A stretch of DNA of 64,000 nucleotides from an uncultured Acidobacteriota bacterium (GTDB taxonomy: Bacteria; Acidobacteriota; Thermoanaerobaculia; UBA5066; Gp7-AA6). The position numbers and the translations under genes were made by a program. The DNA lies in assembly GCA_963764715.1 (NCBI GenBank), contig CAVXTP010000006.1, positions 128,001 through 192,000 on the forward strand, written 5' to 3'. This document shows positions 28,851-37,975 of this stretch, in pieces; within the stretch, counting starts at the first letter, position 1; the number at the start of each line of letters is the position of its first letter. The notes under the pieces are model-generated. The model saw only the letters and a program-made list of their open reading frames with translations, was not told the DNA's origin and searched no databases.

Positions 28851-29786
28851 TTGCTCGTCGCGGGAGTCGCGGTCGTCGCGCTGGTCCTGGCGCTGCGCGC
28901 GCGCCGCCGGCGAGAAGCCGCGGAGCACCGCGAGTGGTCGATCGGGATCTTCGAAGGCCCCTCGCCTCTGGAGCTGCGGGACCCGCCGGAGATCGACAAT
29001 CCCGTGCTGACCGCCGCGCAGGTCAAGGATGCGCGCGCCGAGTTCGTGGCCGATCCGTTCCTGCTCCGGCGCGACTCGCGGTGGTTCATGTTCTTCGAGG
29101 TCCTCGAGGTCCTGGGCCGCCGCCGCCGGGGGTCGATCGGCGTGGCCACGAGCCCGGACGCCCGTTCCTGGACCTACGACCGGATCGTTCTTCGCGAGCC
29201 GTTCCACGTTTCCTACCCGTTCGTCTTCGAGGACGATGGCGACGTCTACATGGTGCCCGAGTCCTACGGAGACAAATCGGTCCGACTGTACAGGGCGAAA
29301 AACTTCCCGCACGACTGGGTGCTCGAGGCGACTCTGCTGTCCGGGCAGCCCTGGGTCGACTCGACGCTCGTCCGGCACCGGGGGCGCTGGTGGATGTTCA
29401 CGTCGCTTCCGTCGAACGACGAGCTCCACCTGTTTTCCGCCGACGCGCTCCGGGGTCCCTGGACGCCGCATCCGGGCAACCCGGTCGTGCGCGGAAACCT
29501 CCACACGGCCCGGCCCGGGGGGCGCGTCGTCGAGATGGACGGACGCCTCGTTCGCTTCGCCCAGGACGATGCCCCCTTCTACGGCAGGCAAGTCCTCGCC
29601 TTCGAGATCACCCGGCTCGACGGGGATGCGTACGTGGAGGCTCCGATCGGTCCCGAGCCGATCCTCGGGGCGTCGGGAAGCGGCTGGAACATGGACCAGA
29701 TGCACCATCTGGACGCGCATTTCCTCGAAAGCGGAACCTGGATCGCCTGCGTCGACGGGCGGGGACAGCCACCGAAACGGCGCTGA
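28851..29786 (+). CDS. Five-bladed beta-propeller glycoside hydrolase-like protein (GINT1 N-terminal / GH43-GH32-like), N-terminal anchor
   Basis: NPVL, FVADPFL, EPFHVSYPFVF..YMVPES, WVDSTL, HPGNPVV, ARPGG and MHHLD motifs. Confidence 0.7.
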   Translation: MLVAGVAVVALVLALRARRRREAAEHREWSIGIFEGPSPLELRDPPEIDNPVLTAAQVKDARAEFVADPFLLRRDSRWFMFFEVLEVLGRRRRGSIGVATSPDARSWTYDRIVLREPFHVSYPFVFEDDGDVYMVPESYGDKSVRLYRAKNFPHDWVLEATLLSGQPWVDSTLVRHRGRWWMFTSLPSNDELHLFSADALRGPWTPHPGNPVVRGNLHTARPGGRVVEMDGRLVRFAQDDAPFYGRQVLAFEITRLDGDAYVEAPIGPEPILGASGSGWNMDQMHHLDAHFLESGTWIACVDGRGQPPKRR

Positions 29787-29787
29787 T

Positions 29788-29833
29788 CCTAATTTAGTTA
29801 GGAATTTATCGCCAAATGGCTAATAATATTAGG
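29788..29833. promoter_or_regulatory. AT-rich pair of 15-bp palindromic boxes (CCTAAT-N3-ATTAGG), 16-nt spacer
   Basis: CCTAATTTAGTTAGG (29788-29802) and GCTAATAATATTAGG (29819-29833), one mismatch each from the palindrome. Confidence 0.5.
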
Positions 29834-31192
29834 GTAACGGCAACGTCCTCGCGGCGGACCCTGGATCCGTCCGCCGCGGCGGCCGCTCTCATTACGCTCG
29901 CGCTCGCGGTCCTCCTCGGCCCCGCGATCGCTCCCATCGAGTCCCGCGACACCGGCGAGTACGTCGCAGTCGCCGGAAGCTTCGACTCGGAATGGTCCCG
30001 GGACCGGCCGCCCATCTATCCGATCCTGATCCGATTCTGTCGGCTGGCGGCCGGGGAAGCCTGGCCGGCCATGATCGTCTGGATCCAGATCGCCCTGCTC
30101 TGCGGACTCGCGTACGTCCTCTGCCGGGTTCTCGAGCGACTCTCCGTCCGATCCGCCCTCGCCCTGGTGATCGCCGTCGCCGCCTGCTCGACTCCCGCCC
30201 TCATCTTTCACAGTCGGACGGTGCTGCCCGAAGTGCTCCTGGCCGTCCTGGTGGCGCTCGCCTGGACGGAGACGCTGCGGTCCATGGACGGATCGGACGG
30301 GGCGCGTCGCCCGGTCCTCGCGGCCGCGCTCGCCGGACTCTGGAGCGGGGCGGCCGTGTTGACGAAGCCGGCCTGGCTGCTCGGCGCCTTCCCTCTTGCC
30401 CTCGGCATCCTCATCTCGCGCCAGCGCCCGGCGCCCGTCCGGCGCCGCGCCGCCCTGGCGCTGCTCCTGGTTCACTTCGTCCTGCTCCTCTCCTGGCAAG
30501 CGTTCCTCCTCCATCGGTTCGGCCAGCGAGGAATCTCGAGAATGGGGACCCTGGGCCTGAATTTCGCGGCGATTCGCCACGGCATGACCCGGTACGGCGC
30601 CGGCACGCCTCTCTACCGGCATCTCGAGAGCGTCGGGCTTCTCGACACGGCGCTCGCGCTCCGCTTCGACGACCTCAAGACCTTCACCCGGATCAAGGAC
30701 ACGATTCCCGACGAGCTCCGCATCGACTCCGAATTCCAGCGGCGGGTCGTCTTCGATCATCTGGGCGAATTCCTCCGCAAGCAGCTCCCGCGGCTGCCGG
30801 CCTTCTTCACGACGCGTCCGCTCGACGAGGGCTTCCGGGACGCCGGAGGCGCACTCGGCGCGCTCCGCGCGGCGCATCGGCTCGCCTACGCGCTCTTCTT
30901 CCGCGTGCGGGTGGGTCCGATCTCCGTCTCGCCCTGCCTTCTCCTGCTCCTGGCGGGCGCCCTCTGGTCGAGTCGCAATCGCCGGTATCGGGATGCCTAC
31001 GCCATGTCGCTCCTGACCCTCGGGAGCTTCGTGCTCCTGACGGTCGTCGTCAGCTTCCAGGACGCGACCCTCACCCGCTACCGCGGAGAGGTCGAGCCGG
31101 TCCTCCTGTGCGTCGCTCTGCTTCCCCTCGGCGTCGGCCTCGGTCGGCTCGCCCGTCCGGTTTCCGCCGCTCCCGGCGACCGCGCTCCGTAG
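29816..31192 (+). CDS. Multi-pass membrane protein, probable GT-C (ArnT/PMT-like) glycosyltransferase
   Basis: DTGEY..RPPIYP first loop, LPE motif, LTKP, many TM segments and a late RYR. Start codon uncertain. Confidence 0.55.
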   Translation: MANNIRVTATSSRRTLDPSAAAAALITLALAVLLGPAIAPIESRDTGEYVAVAGSFDSEWSRDRPPIYPILIRFCRLAAGEAWPAMIVWIQIALLCGLAYVLCRVLERLSVRSALALVIAVAACSTPALIFHSRTVLPEVLLAVLVALAWTETLRSMDGSDGARRPVLAAALAGLWSGAAVLTKPAWLLGAFPLALGILISRQRPAPVRRRAALALLLVHFVLLLSWQAFLLHRFGQRGISRMGTLGLNFAAIRHGMTRYGAGTPLYRHLESVGLLDTALALRFDDLKTFTRIKDTIPDELRIDSEFQRRVVFDHLGEFLRKQLPRLPAFFTTRPLDEGFRDAGGALGALRAAHRLAYALFFRVRVGPISVSPCLLLLLAGALWSSRNRRYRDAYAMSLLTLGSFVLLTVVVSFQDATLTRYRGEVEPVLLCVALLPLGVGLGRLARPVSAAPGDRAP

Positions 31193-31277
31193 AACGAACC
31201 GCCCGTCTCCCCCGTTTGGCGGGGGCCGCCGGGCATGGCATATTGGAAAGCTCAACGGAAAGGTGAGTGCCGAATCC

Positions 31278-32324
31278 ATGCGCGTCCTGTTGACCGGCAG
31301 CCGGGGCTACATCGGAACCGTCATGGGCCCGCTGATCGCGGCCGCTGGCCACGAGGTCACGGGGCTCGACACGGACTTCTACGAGGCCTGCACCTTCGTC
31401 GGCCCGCTGCCCGCGATCCCGTCGCTGCGGCGCGACATCCGGGACGTCACGCCGGACGACCTCCGCGGCTTCGACGCGGTCGTGCACCTCGCGGCCCTGT
31501 CGAACGACCCGCTGGGCGACCTGAATCCCGAGCTGACCTACGACATCAACCACCGCGGCTCCGTGCACCTGGCGCGCATGGCGAAGCAGGCGGGCGCGCG
31601 GCGGTTCGTCTTCTCCTCCTCGTGCAGCAACTACGGCGCGGCCGGGGACGCCATGGTCGACGAGCGCTCGCCCCTCAACCCCGTGACGGCGTACGGCGTC
31701 TCGAAGGTCCGGGCCGAGGAGGACATCTCCGCGCTCGCCGACGACCGGTTCAGCCCGACGTTCCTGCGCCCGACGACGGCCTACGGAGTGTCCCCGCGGC
31801 TCCGCTTCGACATCGTCCTCAACAACCTGACGGCCTGGGCCGTGACGACCGGCCGGATCCACCTCAAGAGCGACGGCACGCCCTGGCGGCCGCTCGTGCA
31901 CATCGAAGACATCTCGCGGGCGTTCCTCGCCGTGCTCGAGGCTCCCCGCGAGGCGATCCACGGCGAGGTCTTCAACGTCGGCCGCACCGACGAGAACTTT
32001 CAGATCCGCCAGATCGCCGCGATCGTCGGTGAGACCGTTCCGGGCTGCACGATCGAGTTTGCCGAGGGCGCCGGTCCCGACGCCCGCTCCTACCGCGTCA
32101 GCTTCGAGAAGATCGCGCGCCAGGTGCCCGCGTTCCGGCCGCGCTGGACGGTCCGCGAGGGAGCCCGCGAGCTCTACGAGGCGTACCGCAAAAGCGACCT
32201 GAGGCTCGAGGATTTCGAGGGGCCGAAGTACCGCCGGATCGACAGCCTCCGGGGACTGCTCTCCTCCGGCCGGCTCGACGAGACCATGCGGTGGACCCCC
32301 GCCCCGGCGTCGGCCGGCCGCTGA
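31278..32324 (+). CDS. NAD-dependent nucleotide-sugar epimerase/dehydratase (extended SDR)
   Basis: [28 protein letters not shown] (YxxxK) and WRPLVHIED motifs. ATG at 31278; alternative GTG at 31263. Confidence 0.88.
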   Translation: MRVLLTGSRGYIGTVMGPLIAAAGHEVTGLDTDFYEACTFVGPLPAIPSLRRDIRDVTPDDLRGFDAVVHLAALSNDPLGDLNPELTYDINHRGSVHLARMAKQAGARRFVFSSSCSNYGAAGDAMVDERSPLNPVTAYGVSKVRAEEDISALADDRFSPTFLRPTTAYGVSPRLRFDIVLNNLTAWAVTTGRIHLKSDGTPWRPLVHIEDISRAFLAVLEAPREAIHGEVFNVGRTDENFQIRQIAAIVGETVPGCTIEFAEGAGPDARSYRVSFEKIARQVPAFRPRWTVREGARELYEAYRKSDLRLEDFEGPKYRRIDSLRGLLSSGRLDETMRWTPAPASAGR

Positions 32325-32340
32325 ACTTCGACGGTCGACA

Positions 32341-32364
32341 GAACCTCCACGGATCGCCGGCGTA
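32341..32364 (+). promoter_or_regulatory. Putative ECF-sigma promoter GAAC-N16-CGTA
   Basis: GAAC 32341-32344, 16-nt spacer, CGTA 32361-32364. Lies 46 nt upstream of ATG 32411 and matches the generic AAC..CGT ECF pattern. Confidence 0.35.
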
Positions 32365-32410
32365 TCCCGTTGAAACGGGCGTCCGCCAAGGGCGTCGGGA
32401 GGAGGTCGTC

Positions 32411-33364
32411 ATGCTCGGTTCCACGCGTCGGCGTCTCGGGGTTCTCTGCCTCGCGGTGGCCCTCGGCCCGGCCGCGCTTGCCGCCGCGCAGGAGGTCACC
32501 GGGCGCTGGCTGCTCGACTTTCGGAACGACGGATCGCTCGACCTGACGCTGAAGCGCCGCTCGAGCGGCAGCGGACGCTGGAACTGGTCGAGCTCGGACG
32601 ACTACGTTCTCGGCGACTTCCGAGGCCTCTCGAGGCCCTCCGGCGAGGGCGACGTTCCGGCCCGCTTCGAGCTCGTCCGCGACGCCGGCACGGTGTCGTT
32701 CGAGGGTCAGGTCGACCGGAACGGCGGCTCCGGACGCTTCACGTTCGCCGCGAGCGCCGAGTACCTCGCCGCGCTGCGGACCATGGGTTACCCGGCCCCC
32801 GACGGCGACGAGCGCCTCTCCCTGGCGTTGCAGGACGTCAGCCGCGCGTTCATTCGAGAGCTGAAGGACCTCGGCTACGACCGGGTTCCTCTCGACGACC
32901 TCATCGCGATGCGCATCCACGGGGCCACGCCGGCGTTCATCCGGGAGCTCAAGGCCCTGGGCTATTCCGGTCTCTCCACCGACGATCTCGTCGCCATGCG
33001 CATCCACGGCGCCTCGCCCGAGTTCATCCGCGAACTGAAGGACCTCGGCTACTCCGGCCTCTCCGCCGACGACCTCGTGGCCATGCGCATCCACGGCGCC
33101 CTGCCCGAGTTCATCCGGGAGCTGAAGGCCCTGGGCTACAGACACCTCTCGGGCGACGACCTCGTGGCCATGCGGATCCACGGCGTCAGCCCGGACTTCA
33201 TTCGCCGGCTCCGGGAGGCCGGCTTCCGAAACGTCTCGGCCGACGACCTCGTCGCGATGCGGATCCACGGCGTCTCGGTCGAATACGCGGCGAAGGCGAA
33301 GGCCCGGGACAAGAACGTGTCCGTCGACGATCTCGTCGACATGAAGATCCACGGCCGGAGCTGA
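32411..33364 (+). CDS. Secreted protein with N-terminal beta domain and 29-aa helical tandem repeats
   Basis: GGAGGAGG RBS, signal peptide (LGVLCLAVALGPAALAAA|QE), FELVRDAGTVSFEG domain, then repeats ending DDLVAMRIHG. Confidence 0.8.
   Translation: MLGSTRRRLGVLCLAVALGPAALAAAQEVTGRWLLDFRNDGSLDLTLKRRSSGSGRWNWSSSDDYVLGDFRGLSRPSGEGDVPARFELVRDAGTVSFEGQVDRNGGSGRFTFAASAEYLAALRTMGYPAPDGDERLSLALQDVSRAFIRELKDLGYDRVPLDDLIAMRIHGATPAFIRELKALGYSGLSTDDLVAMRIHGASPEFIRELKDLGYSGLSADDLVAMRIHGALPEFIRELKALGYRHLSGDDLVAMRIHGVSPDFIRRLREAGFRNVSADDLVAMRIHGVSVEYAAKAKARDKNVSVDDLVDMKIHGRS
32837..33355 (+). repeat. Intragenic tandem repeat, 87-bp unit, 6 copies (plus one degenerate copy upstream)
   Basis: Units such as ATPAFIRELKALGYSGLSTDDLVAMRIHG and ASPEFIRELKDLGYSGLSADDLVAMRIHG; DNA gacgacctcgt..atgcgcatccacggc recurs every 87 bp. 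Confidence 0.9.
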
Positions 33365-33387
33365 CGCCCGGCCGGAGGGACCCCACC

Positions 33388-33500
33388 GTCCGGAATCGGA
33401 CAGTCGGGTCCCGAAGCCGAGCATCCGCGCCCGCCCGGATGGCACCGCACGACCCTGTTTTCAACGACTTACGAACGATCGACACTGGCACGCTTCTCGC
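33388..33500 (+). promoter_or_regulatory. Sigma54-dependent promoter: UAS palindrome + IHF site + -24/-12
   Basis: GTCCG-GAAT-CGGAC inverted repeat at 33388-33401. TTTCAACGACTTA at 33459-33471 (1 mismatch to WATCAANNNNTTR). TGGCACG-CTTC-TCGC at 33486-33500 with correct GG/GC spacing. Confidence 0.7.
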
Positions 33501-33515
33501 CCTTGCAGGCTCAAC

Positions 33516-34775
33516 GTGGACATCATTCGCGAAGACATCTCCGAAAAGAAACGCCGCAAGCGGATCGTCATGGCCGCGGCCGGCGCCGCGGCGATCCTGC
33601 TGATCACCCTCGGCCTGTCGCGCCTGAAGCCGGCCGCTCCGACGGTCGAGAAGAGCACGATCTGGATGGACACGGTCAAGCGCGGCCCGATGCTGCGCCA
33701 GGTCCGGGGCCCGGGCTCGCTCGTCGTCGAGTCGTCCGGAATCCGCGTGCTCTCGGCCCAGACCGACGGCCGCGTCGAGCGCCTCCTGCTCGAGCCCGGC
33801 GCGATCGTGCAGCCGGACACCGTGATCCTCGAGATGTCGAACCCGACGCTCCAGCGCGACGCGCTCGACGCCGAGCAGGCCCTCAAGGCGGGCCAGGCGG
33901 AGCTCGCCAACACGCGGATCAAGATCCAGCGCGACACGCTCGACCAGAAGGCGGCGGCGGCGACGGTCGAGTCGGACTTTCACCAGGCGCAGCTCCAGGC
34001 GCAGACGAACGAAGGCCTCTTCAAGGAAGGGATCGTCGCCTCCCTGACGCTCAAGCTGTCGGAGGTGCGCGCCGAGGAGCTCAAGACGCGCAACGCCCTC
34101 GAGCAGGAGCGGATGGCGATCGCCGAGGATTCGGCGAAGGCGCAGAACGAGGCGGCCGAGGCCCACTTCCAGCAGCTCAAGGTCCAGGCCGACCTGATGC
34201 GCTCGCAGATGGAAGGCCTCAAGGTCCGCGCCGGCATCCCGGGCGTCCTGCAGGAGATCCCGATCCAGGTCGGCCAGCGCGTCACGCCGGGCACCATGCT
34301 CGCCAAGGTCGTCCAGCCGACCAAGCTCAAAGCGCAGCTGAAGATCGCCGAGACGCAGGCCAAGGACGTCGCGATCGGGCAGCCCGCCTCGATCGACACG
34401 CGCAACGGCATCGTCCCGGGCAAGGTTTCGCGCGTCGACCCGTCCTCGCAGAACGGGACGGTCACCGTCGACGTCGCCCTCGAAGGCGAGCTGCCGCTCG
34501 GCGCCCGGCCGGACCTCTCGGTCGACGGGACGATCGAGCTCGACCGGCTGAAGGACGTGCTCTACGTCGGCCGGCCGGCCTTCGGCCAGGAGAAGAGCCT
34601 CGTCGGCCTCTTCCGGGTCGAGGAGGACGGCGACGAGGCGGTCCGCGTCAAGGTCAAGCTCGGCAAGAGCTCGGTCAACACGGTCGAGATCCTCGAGGGT
34701 CTCAAGCCGGGGGACAAGGTGATTCTTTCGGACATGAGCGCGTGGGACGCTCACGACCGCGTACGTTTGAAGTAG
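33516..34775 (+). CDS. Efflux periplasmic adaptor / membrane fusion protein (MacA/HlyD-like)
   Basis: N-terminal TM after KKRRKR, lipoyl halves ([14 protein letters not shown]; [14 protein letters not shown]), long coiled coil and GLKPGDKVI. Confidence 0.92.
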   Translation: MDIIREDISEKKRRKRIVMAAAGAAAILLITLGLSRLKPAAPTVEKSTIWMDTVKRGPMLRQVRGPGSLVVESSGIRVLSAQTDGRVERLLLEPGAIVQPDTVILEMSNPTLQRDALDAEQALKAGQAELANTRIKIQRDTLDQKAAAATVESDFHQAQLQAQTNEGLFKEGIVASLTLKLSEVRAEELKTRNALEQERMAIAEDSAKAQNEAAEAHFQQLKVQADLMRSQMEGLKVRAGIPGVLQEIPIQVGQRVTPGTMLAKVVQPTKLKAQLKIAETQAKDVAIGQPASIDTRNGIVPGKVSRVDPSSQNGTVTVDVALEGELPLGARPDLSVDGTIELDRLKDVLYVGRPAFGQEKSLVGLFRVEEDGDEAVRVKVKLGKSSVNTVEILEGLKPGDKVILSDMSAWDAHDRVRLK

Positions 34776-34786
34776 GGGGAACAGGC

Positions 34787-35536
34787 ATGAGCTCCAACGG
34801 ACATCCGGTCATCAAGCTCGACGGCGTCACGAAGGTCTTCTTCACGGACGAAGTCGAAACGCACGCGCTCTCGGGCGTGCACCTCGAGATCGCCCACGGG
34901 GAGTACGTGTCGATCGCCGGGCCGTCGGGCTGCGGCAAGTCGACGCTGCTCTCGCTGCTCGGCCTGCTCGACTCGCCGACCGAGGGGAAGTACTCGCTGA
35001 ACGGCAAGCCGGCCGAGTCGCTGACGCTCTCCGAGCGCGCGCGGATCCGCAACCGCGAGATCGGATTCATCTTCCAGTCGTTCAACCTGATCGGCGACCT
35101 CTCGGTCTACGAGAACGTCGAGCTGCCCCTGACCTACCGGGGCATGCCCTCGCACGAGCGCAAGAAGCGCGTGCAGGAGTCCCTCGAGAAGGTCGGCATG
35201 GCGCACCGGATGAAGCACTTCCCCTCGCAGCTCTCGGGCGGCCAGCAGCAGCGCGTCGCCGTGGCCCGCGCCATCGCGGGCTCGCCCCTCATCCTCCTCG
35301 CCGACGAGCCCACGGGCAACCTCGACTCGGTCAACGGCGAGGCGGTCATGAACCTGCTCCAGGACCTCCACCGCGCCGGCGCGACGATCTGCATGGTCAC
35401 GCACGACCCGCGCTTCGCCAAGCACGCGGGCCGGACGATCCACCTGTTCGACGGCCGCGTGGTGGAAGAGGAGAAGGGCGAGGAGCGGGCGCACAGCGAG
35501 GAAGAGCTCAAGGAAAGCGGCTACCGGATGAACTGA
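34787..35536 (+). CDS. ABC transporter ATP-binding protein, MacB/LolD type (canonical motifs)
   Basis: [43 protein letters not shown] and VTHD motifs. Confidence 0.95.
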   Translation: MSSNGHPVIKLDGVTKVFFTDEVETHALSGVHLEIAHGEYVSIAGPSGCGKSTLLSLLGLLDSPTEGKYSLNGKPAESLTLSERARIRNREIGFIFQSFNLIGDLSVYENVELPLTYRGMPSHERKKRVQESLEKVGMAHRMKHFPSQLSGGQQQRVAVARAIAGSPLILLADEPTGNLDSVNGEAVMNLLQDLHRAGATICMVTHDPRFAKHAGRTIHLFDGRVVEEEKGEERAHSEEELKESGYRMN

Positions 35537-37965
35537 TGCGGACCCTCACGCAGGATCTCCGCTACGCCCTGCGCGGGATCGCCCGCAACCCCGGTTTCAC
35601 GGCCGTCGCCGTCCTGACGCTCGCGCTCGGCATCGGCGCGAATGCCGCGATCTTCTCGATGCTGAACGCGATGGTGCTGCGGCCGATGCCGGGGGTCGCC
35701 GACCCGGGCCGGCTGGTCTGGATCACCCACCTCGAGGGCGGTCGCACCGCGCGCGTCTCGTACCCGGACGCGCTCGACTATCGCGACCACGCCGACGTCT
35801 TCGCCGGTCTCGCGGCCGTCGACAACGTCCCGGTGCACGTCGCCACGGCGGATGCGACCGAGCGTGTCGGGGCGCAGATCGCGGGCGGCGACTACTTCTC
35901 GGTCCTCGGCCTGGTGCCGGCCGCCGGAAGGTTCTTCACGGCCGAGGACGACCGCGCCCGCCGCGCCGCGATCGTCATCTCCGCGGGCCTCTGGCAGCGC
36001 CGGTTCGGCGGAGATCCCGCCGCCGTCGGCCGGGCGGTGACGATCAGCGGCCGCAGCTTCACCATCCTCGGCGTCGCGCCGCCGGGGTTCGCCGGGCTCG
36101 ACCTCGACTCTCCGCCCGACGTGTTTCTTCCGGTGGAGACGTGGCTCTCGGGCACCGACCGGGCGGCGAGCCTGAACTCGCGCCGGTCCGCGCGCTTCCG
36201 CGTGCTCGCCCGGCTCGCGCCGGGGGCGTCCCTCGCCGCAGCGGACGCGGCCGTCAAGGCGACGGCGGCCGCCAACTCGCGCCTGCGCCCGGCGGACCTG
36301 CGCGGCACGACGGCCTCCGTCGAAACGCCCCGGGGATGGGTCCCGCCGGGGCACATGTACGAGATCCTGCCGATGGCGGGGCTGGCGCTGGCGGCGACCG
36401 GCCTCGTGCTCGTGATCGCCGCGGCCAACGTCGCCAACCTGCTGCTCGGCCGCGCCGCGCGGAGGCGGCGGGAGATGGGGATCCGTCTCGCCATCGGCGC
36501 CTCGCGCGGGCGCATCCTGCGTCAGCTTCTGACCGAGAGCGTGCTCCTCGCCGGCCTCGGCGCGGCCGGCGGCCTGCTGCTGTCGTCGTGGCTCCTCGAC
36601 CTGCTGCTTTCCCATTTCGACGTGCCGCCGCTCCTTCGGCCGGTCCTCGACGGGGGCATGCTCGCCTACGGCGTCGTCGTCGCGGTCGCGACCGGGATCC
36701 TCTTCGGCCTCGCTCCGGCCTGGAACGCCGCCCGTCCGGATGTCCTCGCCGCCCTCAGGGGCGGTTCGAGCTCCGGCGCCGGGCGCCCGGGCCAGAGGCT
36801 GCAGGGCGCGCTCGTCGTCGTGCAGGTCGCCCTCTCGCTCGTCCTGCTCGCCGCCGGCGGCCTGCTGCTGCGGAGCCTCGCGAAGGCGGCCGCGGTCCCC
36901 GCGGGCTTCGACCGGGAGTCGGCGGGCGAGGTCGTCACGCTGTCGTTCGACCCGGTGACCCAGGGCTACCCGCCGGCGCGCGCGCAGCAGTTTCGCGAGG
37001 CGATGCTCGAGCGGGCGAAGAGCCTGCCCGGCGTGCGCGCCGCCGCTCTCACCGAGCTGCTGCCGCTCTCCAACCGCGCCATCGCCGACGACTTCGCGCC
37101 GGAGGGCGGGGCGGCCGAAGCGCGGGAGCAGATCTTCTTCACCACCGTCTCCCCCGGCTACTTCGCGACGCTCGGGATCCCGCTCGTCGCCGGACGCGAC
37201 TTCACGCCGGAAGATCGCTCGGGCGCGCCGGCCGTCGCGGTCGTCAACGAGACGCTCGCCCGGCGCTTCTGGCCCGGCGTCAGCCCGCTCGGCCGGCGCT
37301 TCGCGACCATCGACCGCCCCGGCGAGGGCTTCGAGGTCGTGGGCGTCGCCCGGGACGGCAAGTACCTGACCCTCACGGAACCGGCGCGTCCGTTCGCGTA
37401 CTTCCCCCTCGCCCAGGGGGCGCACCTGAACGAGAACACCCTGCTCGTCCGCGGCTCGGGCGGCCGGGCGCTCTCGGCCGCCGTGCGGGCCGCGGCCCGC
37501 GGCCTCGACCCGACGCTGCCGCTCTTCCAGGCGGAGACGCTCGAGGAGGCGCTGCGCCGGAGCACCGCCGGCCGGCGGCAGGGAACGCTTCTCCTCGCCA
37601 CGTTCGGCGCGCTCGCCCTGCTGCTCGCGGCCGTCGGCCTCTACGGCGTCGTGGCCTTCGCGGTCGGCGAGCGCCGGCGCGAGATCGCGGTCCGCATGGC
37701 GATCGGAGCGGCGCGCCGAGACATCGTTTCGCTCTTCGTGGGCCGGGGCGCGCGGCTCGCCGGGCTCGGTGTCGCGATCGGCCTGGCCCTGGCCGCGGCG
37801 ATCACCCGCCTCCTCTCGGGCATGCTCTTCGGCGTCACGCCTCTCGACGTCACGACGCTCGCGGCCGTGTCGGCCCTCCTCGCCGCGGTCGCGCTCGCGG
37901 CGAGCGCGCTGCCCGCGCGGCGCGCGGCGCGAATCGATCCGGCCTCGGCGCTGCGAAACGACTGA
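35536..37965 (+). CDS. ADOP-type duplicated MacB/FtsX ABC permease #1
   Basis: 809 aa. [43 protein letters not shown], second half [17 protein letters not shown], and ends [11 protein letters not shown]. Confidence 0.92.
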   Translation: MRTLTQDLRYALRGIARNPGFTAVAVLTLALGIGANAAIFSMLNAMVLRPMPGVADPGRLVWITHLEGGRTARVSYPDALDYRDHADVFAGLAAVDNVPVHVATADATERVGAQIAGGDYFSVLGLVPAAGRFFTAEDDRARRAAIVISAGLWQRRFGGDPAAVGRAVTISGRSFTILGVAPPGFAGLDLDSPPDVFLPVETWLSGTDRAASLNSRRSARFRVLARLAPGASLAAADAAVKATAAANSRLRPADLRGTTASVETPRGWVPPGHMYEILPMAGLALAATGLVLVIAAANVANLLLGRAARRRREMGIRLAIGASRGRILRQLLTESVLLAGLGAAGGLLLSSWLLDLLLSHFDVPPLLRPVLDGGMLAYGVVVAVATGILFGLAPAWNAARPDVLAALRGGSSSGAGRPGQRLQGALVVVQVALSLVLLAAGGLLLRSLAKAAAVPAGFDRESAGEVVTLSFDPVTQGYPPARAQQFREAMLERAKSLPGVRAAALTELLPLSNRAIADDFAPEGGAAEAREQIFFTTVSPGYFATLGIPLVAGRDFTPEDRSGAPAVAVVNETLARRFWPGVSPLGRRFATIDRPGEGFEVVGVARDGKYLTLTEPARPFAYFPLAQGAHLNENTLLVRGSGGRALSAAVRAAARGLDPTLPLFQAETLEEALRRSTAGRRQGTLLLATFGALALLLAAVGLYGVVAFAVGERRREIAVRMAIGAARRDIVSLFVGRGARLAGLGVAIGLALAAAITRLLSGMLFGVTPLDVTTLAAVSALLAAVALAASALPARRAARIDPASALRND

Positions 37966-37975
37966 AGGAGCACCC

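Noticed and set aside
31209-31251. CCCCCG-TTTGG-CGGGGG hairpin as a terminator and TGGCAT..GC as a sigma54 promoter
   Set aside because: No U-tract follows the hairpin, and the GG-to-GC spacing is one base too long for -24/-12.
32837-33355. Regular 87-bp periodicity resembling a CRISPR array
   Set aside because: In-frame coding repeats with synonymous variation and no unique spacers; no cas genes.
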